Assembly (NCBI GenBank): GCA_963841435.1
Contig: CAWJCS010000005.1
Coordinates: 384,001-448,000 of the forward strand
From: an uncultured delta proteobacterium
GTDB taxonomy: Bacteria; Myxococcota_A; Polyangia; Polyangiales; Polyangiaceae
Reading direction: 5' to 3'
Length of the DNA: 64,000 bases
The first letter of the stretch is position 1; each line of letters starts with the position of its first letter. Positions 57,202 through 64,000 of this stretch are shown here, in pieces. Under the pieces are notes generated by a model. That model was not told the origin of the DNA. It saw only the letters and a program-made list of their open reading frames with translations, and made no database searches. The translations under genes were made by a program, and so were the position numbers.

Positions 57202-58080
57202 TGGCAGACCTCTCGACGAACAGAACCCCGTTCGATGAGTGGTTTTGGCGCCAAACTGCGAGACCCGACAGACGAGTTCTTCCACGCTCGGGGTTGCATA
57301 ATTGCGGTGGGGGGCGACAAGAATCTCACCCAACAAATAAAACACAACAATTACATAGCCTTAACTCCCCGTGACCGATGCTCTCAAACCCCCAAAATCC
57401 GGGCCGATCCTGCCCCCAGCAGGGTCCGATTTCGACGTTCCGCGCACGCCGTCCCACATCGGAACGAAACTTTGTTGACCAGAATCAACCCGCTCGGGGC
57501 ACTGCGCGACGCCATTTAAACGCTTGACAGACCGCAAAAAATACCCCGCATCACACGAACGATCGCACGGCGCGCTCACCCTCGATCTGCTCGCTGCCGA
57601 GCGCACGGTGTGGCGCATCCGACCTCTCCGGACATCGTGCGCTCGAGCGGCATGAAGAGCGTCAACTGCCCCCCTGTGCGTCGACTCGGGCTACGCGATC
57701 CCGGACGGCTGCTGGGCGCTGATTCAAGGTAGCTTCTGAGCTAGCCGTGGGGACGGTGGCCCCGCATTCCCGCAAATCGCCCACGCGATCTCGCCGTTGG
57801 CACCAAAGCGCGCGATGGCCGGCCCACTGGCCCCGAGGCGCAGTGGTGCGAAGAGCTACGGCGCGCCCCATTTTGGGGGAGTGGGAAACCTCTCGGCAAT
57901 CCGAGGGATAGCGCCGAGCCCCGTTGCGGCGAGCGAGACAAAGAATCGTCAACGCCAAGCCTGCTCCGTTTGGGGTCGAGGGACTAGGTGTGTCGAACGG
58001 CGTAGCCAAAGCCGGTCAGCGCGCTGCGTCCGCCATAATGGCGGGTGCCGGATGCGCGTTTAGTGAAGGAGCGTCTTCGA

Positions 58081-58713
58081 ATGCGGTTCATGAACATCGG
58101 TTTCGGGCTCATGGTTTCCGGCGCAGTCGCCGGTATCGCCGTCGGATGTGGTGGCGACGACAAGTCGGCGACCACCCCGGGAGCTGGAAGCGGTGGCAAA
58201 GGTGGCACCGCAGGCGCGGCCACCGGCGGCACCTCGGGTGCAGCAACGGGCGGCACTTCGGGCGCAGCCACCGGCGGCACCTCGGGTGCAGCAACGGGCG
58301 GCACTTCGGGCGCAGCCACCGGCGGTACCTCGGGCAGCGGCGGGCGTGGAGCCTCCGGTGCGTCAGGAACGACTAGCGGCGGCATGGGCGGGACGACCAT
58401 GGAGGCCGGCGCCGGCGGCGAAGGTGGTGAGGCGGGTGCCGGAACGCCAACTGGCGGAGGCGGTGGTCGCTTCGGTGGCAACGCGGGCACTGCAGGCGGC
58501 GGCGGTCGCATGGGCGGCAACGCGGGCACCGCGGGCGGCGGCGGTCGCATGGGCGGCAACGCGGGCACTGCAGGCGGCGGCGGTCGCATGGGCGGCAACG
58601 CGGGCACCGCAGGCGGCGGCGGTCGCATGGGCGGCAACGCGGGCACTGCCGGTGGCGCCGGTCGCTTCGGCGGCAACGCGGGCACCGCAGGCACCGGCGG
58701 CCGCGGCGGCTGA
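58081..58713 (+). CDS. Gly-rich repeat lipoprotein with no folded domain
   Basis: SD AAGGAG, signal peptide with lipobox AVGC, then GGT(S/A)GAAT x5 and GxGR(M/F)GGNAGTAG x6 up to the stop. Confidence 0.75.
   Translation: MRFMNIGFGLMVSGAVAGIAVGCGGDDKSATTPGAGSGGKGGTAGAATGGTSGAATGGTSGAATGGTSGAATGGTSGAATGGTSGSGGRGASGASGTTSGGMGGTTMEAGAGGEGGEAGAGTPTGGGGGRFGGNAGTAGGGGRMGGNAGTAGGGGRMGGNAGTAGGGGRMGGNAGTAGGGGRMGGNAGTAGGAGRFGGNAGTAGTGGRGG
58201..58320 (+). repeat. 24-bp tandem repeat x5 (GGTSGAAT)
   Basis: Five units with synonymous variation. Confidence 0.85.
58459..58692 (+). repeat. 39-bp tandem repeat x6 (GGGRMGGNAGTAG)
   Basis: Six units differing mostly at third codon positions, which supports this coding frame. 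Confidence 0.88.
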
Positions 58714-59396
58714 CCCGAACAAGTCGCGCGACTTCCGCCGAATCCGGGCGAGCGTCGGTCACGGCGGGCTTTCGTCCACTCGAACGCGCCGGCTGGTACA
58801 AGCGCGCGCAGGTCTTTGCGCTCGGCGGCCCCAACCGTCGCTACGAAGCGAAGGTTCGGGACCGTAAGCTTTCGCTGTTCTCGGGCCTCGCCGGAACCAT
58901 CGTCGAGATCGGACCCGGCGGCGGCGCGAATCTGGGATTCTTCGACCGCGACACGCGGTGGATCGGCGTCGAGCCAAACCCGTTCTTTCGGCCCCTGCTC
59001 GAGCGCCGCGCCCGTGAGCTTGGCCGTTCCATAGAGGTTCGCCACGGCGCCGCGGAGGCGCTCCCGCTACCGGACGCGAGCGCGGACGCCGTCGTGGCAT
59101 CCCTCGTGCTCTGCTCGGTGCGCAGCGTCGAACGGACGCTTGCGGAGGTCCGCCGCGTGCTGCGGCCAGGCGGACGCTTCGCGTTCGTGGAGCACGTTGC
59201 TGCGCCGCTCGGCACGTTCCGCCGCTTCAGCCAGCGCGCCGTCGGCCCGATCTGGGTCGCGCTCGGCGACGGATGTCACCCGGATCGCGACACCGCAACC
59301 GCCATCGAGCAAGCGGGGTTCGGCGACGTCGCGCTCGAGCGCTTCGACACCGGCACGCCGTTCGTCGGCCCGCACATCGCCGGCATCGCCCGCTGA
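58710..59396 (+). CDS. Class I SAM-dependent methyltransferase (no canonical start; possible CTG start at 58710)
   Basis: The frame of ORF 59094-59396 stays open upstream and encodes IVEIGPGGGANL, IGVEPNP, GAAEALPLPDASADAVVASLVLCSV and RVLRPGGRFAFVEHV. Confidence 0.85.
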   Translation: MTRTSRATSAESGRASVTAGFRPLERAGWYKRAQVFALGGPNRRYEAKVRDRKLSLFSGLAGTIVEIGPGGGANLGFFDRDTRWIGVEPNPFFRPLLERRARELGRSIEVRHGAAEALPLPDASADAVVASLVLCSVRSVERTLAEVRRVLRPGGRFAFVEHVAAPLGTFRRFSQRAVGPIWVALGDGCHPDRDTATAIEQAGFGDVALERFDTGTPFVGPHIAGIAR

Positions 59397-59424
59397 CGTC
59401 GAGCCGCCTCCCCGAGCCGGGACG

Positions 59425-60054
59425 TCAGTCGGACGGGGCAGCGCCGTAAAGGGGCGCGGGGGACGCGCCGTAGACGGGCATCGGATTGCCCGCATCGACG
59501 TCCGGCGGGATGCCGTAGGGAGGCTGGACGCCTCCGTCGAAGGTGCCGGCGCTGCCGCCCGCCCCCATGCCGGCGCCCGCATCCAAATCCGAGCCTCCGG
59601 TACCGCTCGTCGAGCTACCGCTGCTGCCGGCCGCGCCGCCCGTGCTCGACACGTCGCCGGCGCCGCCGCCCATCGCCGGGATGCCGTAGACCGGGCCGAC
59701 CGAGCCGCCCGCGCCGCTCACGCCCATGGTGCCGCCGTTCGCGCCGGCTCCCATGGTGCCACCCGGACTCGAGCTGCCACCCGTCGAGCCGCCGCTGCCC
59801 ATCATCGCGCCCGTGCCGGCCGACGCGTCGCCGCCCTGCTCGTCCTTCTCGCTGCGACCCGCGCACGCGATGGCCACGGCCGCACCAGCGAGCGTGGCGT
59901 TGAACGCGAACGTCGCCGCGCGGCCGAGCCGCTTGGTCGGAAGTAAAGGCGGCGGCAGGTGCGAAAGCTCGAGCCCGACGCCGCAGAAGGGACAGGTCGC
60001 TTCGCTCGTGCGCACGTGACGCGCGCACCCGGGGCACGGAACCAAGTGAGCCAT
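59425..60054 (-). CDS. Putative splicease substrate: zinc-ribbon + lipobox + Gly-rich precursor with four P-x-Y-G motifs
   Basis: MAHLVPCPGC..CPFCG, hydrophobic stretch ending AIAC, then GPVYGIP, QPPYGIP, MPVYGAS, APLYGAA; the ATG overlaps the rSAM stop (TGATG). Confidence 0.8.
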   Translation of the reverse strand: MAHLVPCPGCARHVRTSEATCPFCGVGLELSHLPPPLLPTKRLGRAATFAFNATLAGAAVAIACAGRSEKDEQGGDASAGTGAMMGSGGSTGGSSSPGGTMGAGANGGTMGVSGAGGSVGPVYGIPAMGGGAGDVSSTGGAAGSSGSSTSGTGGSDLDAGAGMGAGGSAGTFDGGVQPPYGIPPDVDAGNPMPVYGASPAPLYGAAPSD

Positions 60055-61331
60055 CAGATGTCCTCCACCACCACGTCGAAGGGAGCATAGTCGAAAGGCA
60101 CGCCCGGAGCCAGCCCGGCGGGAACGAGCCGCTCCTTCTTGCCTGATTTTTGGAGCTCGAGCGCGCGGTGATGGCAATAGGGATTGTTGCCGGCGCGTCC
60201 GAAGATCAAAAACGAGGTCCACGTGCAGCCGGCGCGGCACTCGTCGGCGTAGTAGCAGGTGCGGCAGAAACCCCAGAGGTCCTCGACCGTGCGATCGCGC
60301 GTGTAGCGGAGCGGCGCGCTCCGCTCCCAGATGTCGCGCAGCGAGGCATCGCGGATGTTGCCCCCGGTCCACGCCTCGGTAGGTAGCGACGGACAACCCT
60401 TGATGGCGCCGTCGGACTCGACGCCGATGGTGGTGCGGCCGGCGCCGCACGACGCGCCATGCCCGCGCGGCATGCCGCCCTTCAGGAGTGTCTCGTACGG
60501 ACCGAAGTAGCCGATGTTGTTACCGGGCCACAGACGCACGCCAAGCTCTTGCATGCGACCCTTGAGGCCCGCGAGCAGTGGAAAGAGCTCGAGCAAATCG
60601 TGGGGCTGGAGCAGGACGTCGGGCTCGTCTGCGGCGCGCCCCATCGGCACGGTGAGCTGGATCTGCCAGCTGTGCGTGCCGCGCTCCGCGATGAGCTCGA
60701 GCAGCTCCGGCAGCTCCGGCATGCTGAGGCGGTTGATCTGCGTGTTGCATGCGACGCGAATGCCGGCCGCGCGCAGGTGGCCGAGCGCCGCGAGCCCGGC
60801 GCGGAACGAGCCGTCGAGCCCCCGCAGGCGATCGTGCGTGGCCTCGAGCCCGTCGAGCGAGATACTGACGCTCTCGAGCCCGGCACGCCGCGCGGCCTCG
60901 GCCAGCTCGGCGGTGATGCCGCGACCGCCGCTCGTCATCGTTGCGCTCATGCCGTGCGCGCGGATGGCGCTGACGATCTCGAGCCAATCGTCGCGCAGGT
61001 ATGCCTCACCGCCGATGAGCGTCACCTCCCTCACGCCGAGCTCCGCCATCTGCCGCACGAGCTCGAGCGCCTCGGCGGTGGAAAGCTCGTCGGCGCGCTC
61101 GCGGCCCGCCCGCGACCCGCAGTGCCGGCAGGCGAGATCGCACTTCAGCGTCACCTCCCACACGACGTAGATGGGGATCGCCCTCTGGTCGATCGGTCGC
61201 GCGGCGTCGGCGAGCGGCAGATGCCGCCTACCGGGCGGCGCCTTGGGCACGAGCGGCAAGTGCCGCGGACGCGGCCGCTCGAGCAAATCGCGCCGTGCCT
61301 CGGGCGACAGCACGTCCGGTCCACGCACCAT
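60054..61331 (-). CDS. Radical SAM/SPASM peptide maturase, PlpX-like (tyramine-excising splicease family)
   Basis: YVVWEVTLKCDLACRHCGSRAG, LIGGEA, NTQINR, WQIQLTVPMGRAAD, GNNIGYFGPYE, CGAG..IGVESDGAIKGCPSL, WGFCRTC..ADECRAGCTWT, GNNPYCHHRAL. Confidence 0.88.
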   Translation of the reverse strand: MVRGPDVLSPEARRDLLERPRPRHLPLVPKAPPGRRHLPLADAARPIDQRAIPIYVVWEVTLKCDLACRHCGSRAGRERADELSTAEALELVRQMAELGVREVTLIGGEAYLRDDWLEIVSAIRAHGMSATMTSGGRGITAELAEAARRAGLESVSISLDGLEATHDRLRGLDGSFRAGLAALGHLRAAGIRVACNTQINRLSMPELPELLELIAERGTHSWQIQLTVPMGRAADEPDVLLQPHDLLELFPLLAGLKGRMQELGVRLWPGNNIGYFGPYETLLKGGMPRGHGASCGAGRTTIGVESDGAIKGCPSLPTEAWTGGNIRDASLRDIWERSAPLRYTRDRTVEDLWGFCRTCYYADECRAGCTWTSFLIFGRAGNNPYCHHRALELQKSGKKERLVPAGLAPGVPFDYAPFDVVVEDI

Positions 61332-61417
61332 GCGCTAGAGGGTAGCGCGCTTCCGACCGGCGTGCCCGAACGACGGCCGGCCCGAACGATCCGGGCCGGC
61401 CGCGCCGAATGCATCGC

Positions 61418-62545
61418 CTACGGGACGATGCGCTGCCAGCTGAACGGACCGAACGCGAATTCGCTCGGAGCGGCGTTCGCGCGCGTATCGATGCTGACCT
61501 TGAGCCACTCGAGGGGCTCGGTGCTGCCGTGCACGACGACGCGACGGAAGTTCTGCACGTCGTAGCCGGGGTGGATTGCATTCGCTGGGTCGGAGGCCGA
61601 CAGGGGATTGTCGGACAAGAACTCGTGCGAATCGCCGTTGAACATGAGCACCGGCCCGCCGTAGGCGCTCACATCAGCCGCGATCTTGGCGACGATGCTC
61701 TCGAAGCCCGCCTGATGCGCGGCACCCTTCTCGGCGTCCCACATGTCCGCCTGCAGCATGAGCACGACGCCCTTGACGCGCAGAAGCCGCGCGGCAGCGA
61801 AAGCCGTATCGAGCCAGCGCAGCGTCGCGCCGGTGCGCTCGTCGCGTTCCTGGGCCTGGGCTGCCGTCTCCGTCGGCGCTCCGTACCAGACGTCCGTGTC
61901 GTTGTTCGAGCCGCCGGGCACGTTGGTGGCGACGAACAGCACCTTCTCGTCCAGAAAGAGCACGTTCTCGACGAACTTCCTGTCACTCGGGTGGCGCGGA
62001 TCGAAGAGGAAATGCTGGGAAACGACGGCCTTCTTGCCGCCGAGCGTGCGGCCGGGCTTGGCGAAGAAGATCGAGCGAACCAGGTCGAGATTGTCGACCG
62101 GGTTGCCGGCCGCGTAATCGACGAGCATGCCGTTCGTGTCGACCACGTAGTCGATCGCTTGCGTCGTCGTGTTGTAGGCCCCGCCGCCCTCGGCTTTCTT
62201 GTGGCAATCGAGCCACTCGTTGTCGCCCGGCGTGTAGACGAGGGGGTCGCTGAAGAGCGTCCAGAGGTCGTACACCGAGCGATCGTAGGCCTCCGTGCAG
62301 TACTGCTTGCCCGAGTGGATGTCGCCTGCGTGCAGCACGAGCTCCACGTCGGGGTCGGCGTTGATCGAGTCGATGAACGCCGGCGTAGCGTCGAATTGCA
62401 CGGTGTCCGTCGGCGTCGTTCCGTAGGGGGCGTCGCCGTAGACGGCGAAGGTCATGCCCTTCGGCTTGGCCGCGGCAAAGGACGTGACCAAAAGCGTCGT
62501 CCCGAGCGCGCCGCACACCAAAGAACTCAGCATCGCATTTCGCAT
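61418..62545 (-). CDS. Secreted calcineurin-like metallophosphoesterase
   Basis: Signal peptide; GDAPYG, HAGDIHSG, YTPGDNEW.DC, NGDSH. Confidence 0.88.
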   Translation of the reverse strand: MRNAMLSSLVCGALGTTLLVTSFAAAKPKGMTFAVYGDAPYGTTPTDTVQFDATPAFIDSINADPDVELVLHAGDIHSGKQYCTEAYDRSVYDLWTLFSDPLVYTPGDNEWLDCHKKAEGGGAYNTTTQAIDYVVDTNGMLVDYAAGNPVDNLDLVRSIFFAKPGRTLGGKKAVVSQHFLFDPRHPSDRKFVENVLFLDEKVLFVATNVPGGSNNDTDVWYGAPTETAAQAQERDERTGATLRWLDTAFAAARLLRVKGVVLMLQADMWDAEKGAAHQAGFESIVAKIAADVSAYGGPVLMFNGDSHEFLSDNPLSASDPANAIHPGYDVQNFRRVVVHGSTEPLEWLKVSIDTRANAAPSEFAFGPFSWQRIVP

Positions 62546-62742
62546 CAGAAGCTCCTTTTTCGAGAGACGACTGGCGCTTTTTGCCACGGATTTCGTGGAC
62601 GTAGAGGTCGGCGCCGTCGCGGGTTTGCTGCGTACCCGAAGCCACGCTCACACGCGGCAACATCTCCATGAAGGAGAGGTGCCATTGTGGCCCACCACCG
62701 GAGCTCGAATCCTTTGCACGCGTTCGGGCTCTAACGAAAGCA

Positions 62743-62907
62743 ATGCTCCAAGCGCTCCCTTTCGTTGTCGGCGGCTCGGCCCTCGGGTACGCCTACTATC
62801 GGCTCGTCGGCTGCCGCACGGGCGCGTGCCTGATCACGGCGAACCCCGTCGTCGCGACACTCTACGGCGCGCTGATGGGCTTTTTGGCCTCGGGCAGTCT
62901 GCACTGA
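62743..62907 (+). CDS. Small membrane protein with CxxGxC (DUF6132-like)
   Basis: LGYAYYRLVGCRTGACLITANPVVATLYGALMG. Confidence 0.75.
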   Translation: MLQALPFVVGGSALGYAYYRLVGCRTGACLITANPVVATLYGALMGFLASGSLH

Positions 62908-62952
62908 CCCGTAGGCTCGCCGGCCAACGAAATCGGGCGCTAGATTCCCGTC

Positions 62953-63999
62953 ATGCCCGGTGAGCGACCGTTCCGCACCGGTACCCTGCTCGCACTGCTG
63001 GCCGCCGCGGCGTTCGGCGTCACCGCGCCGCTCGTTCAACGTTTCGGCAAAGAGGCGGGGCCGTTTGCGACGGCCGCGCTCATCTACTTCGGCGCCGCCG
63101 CCGTGAGCCTGCTCGGCGCGAGGGGTGGTCGGGCGGGCGCCGGGCTGGGCCGTCACGCGGGGCGCATCGCCGTCGCGGCGTTCTTCGGTTCGTTCTTCGC
63201 GCCGGCGTGCCTCGCGTTCGGGCTGCAGCGAGCGAGCGGAACCGCAGCCTCGCTGATGCTGAACCTCGAGGCACCGTTGACGGTCGTGCTCGCCTCGCTG
63301 CTGCTCCGCGAGCCGCTCGGCTCGCGCGTGCTCTGGGCGTTGCCGGCCATGCTCTCGGGCACGACGGTGCTCGTCCTCGGGGAAGGGCTCACCGGCAGCG
63401 CGAACGCGCTCGGACTTTCGGCGGTCGCCGCCGCGACGCTCGGCTGGGCCATCGATAGCGTCGTCTTTCGCCCGCTCGCCGACTTCGATCCTGGCCGAGC
63501 CGTGTTCGCGAAGACGGGGCCCGGCGCGCTGCTCGCACTCGGCGTCGCGCTCGCGCTCGGCGAGCCGTTCCCGTCGCTGCTTCCGGCAACGCTGCTCGTA
63601 GCGTGCGGTGGGCTCGGCTATGGACTGGCGCTCCGCTTCTATCTCTTGGCCCAGCGGCGCATCGGTGCGGCGCGCACCGGCTCGCTCTTTTCGCTCGCAC
63701 CGTTCGTCGGGGCGCTCGCCGCGCTCGGCATGGGCCAGGGCAACCTGCGCGCGGCGACGCTCCTCGCCGCCGTCTTCTTCTCCGTCGGCGCCTACCTTCA
63801 CGCCACCGAAGCCCACAATCACGAGCACACCCACGAGCCGCTCGACCACGAGCACGCCCACCGGCACGACGACGGACACCACGATCACGTGCACGACCCG
63901 GCCGTGCTCGGCGAGCACACGCACCGCCATCGCCATGAACCCGTGACGCACCGGCACTCGCACGCACCCGACCTCCACCACACCCACGGTCACGACTGA
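62953..63999 (+). CDS. DMT/EamA-family transporter with His-rich C-terminal tail
   Basis: Two EamA repeats (ASLMLNLE, IGAARTGSLFSLAPFVG) and a tail HNHEHTHEPLDHEHAHRHDDGHHDHVH...PDLHHTHGHD. Confidence 0.92.
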   Translation: MPGERPFRTGTLLALLAAAAFGVTAPLVQRFGKEAGPFATAALIYFGAAAVSLLGARGGRAGAGLGRHAGRIAVAAFFGSFFAPACLAFGLQRASGTAASLMLNLEAPLTVVLASLLLREPLGSRVLWALPAMLSGTTVLVLGEGLTGSANALGLSAVAAATLGWAIDSVVFRPLADFDPGRAVFAKTGPGALLALGVALALGEPFPSLLPATLLVACGGLGYGLALRFYLLAQRRIGAARTGSLFSLAPFVGALAALGMGQGNLRAATLLAAVFFSVGAYLHATEAHNHEHTHEPLDHEHAHRHDDGHHDHVHDPAVLGEHTHRHRHEPVTHRHSHAPDLHHTHGHD

Positions 64000-64000
64000 G

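Noticed and set aside
58459-58692. 39-bp repeats as a possible CRISPR array
   Set aside because: The units are contiguous without unique spacers, vary at synonymous positions of an ORF, and there are no cas genes.

Overview
This is a high-GC bacterial chromosomal segment. Gene content points to Myxococcota, Polyangiaceae/Sorangiineae-like (inference from Gly-rich-linker lipoproteins, myxobacterial Cys-rich repeats, DUF1552/DUF1592 pairs, Hanks kinases and an ECF/anti-sigma cassette). It has about 50 real CDS; most other ORFs in the track are GC-driven antisense or off-frame shadows. 1-22.9 kb holds a CreBC-like two-component system, uppS, aroD, a GAF-AraC regulator with an SGNH esterase, a pseudokinase with an AhpD-like partner, a Na+/H+ antiporter, GH15, TetR-EmrBA, an orphan Cys-rich bufferin-like peptide and an ECF cassette ending in a GH54 lipoprotein. 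tRNA-Arg(TCT) at 22.9 kb is followed by an island-like, scarred stretch: Kelch lipoprotein, XPB-like helicase with DUF790/Bax1 nuclease, AbrB-Doc toxin-antitoxin pair, and collapsed SWIM/SNF2/kinase-AAA fragments. Next come a G1 glutamic peptidase, a copper-type RND operon whose cusA has large insertions and at least 10 frameshifts, three DUF1552 and two DUF1592 genes, and a TetR redox operon. The best candidate for an unusual system is at 59.4-61.3 kb. There, a PlpX-like radical SAM/SPASM 'splicease' is translationally coupled to a zinc-ribbon/lipobox/Gly-rich precursor carrying four P-x-Y-G motifs, which suggests a membrane-anchored, multiply tyramine-spliced (ketoamide) lipoprotein. Several frameshifts look like long-read indel errors. 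All family calls come from motif recognition by eye; no searches were run.
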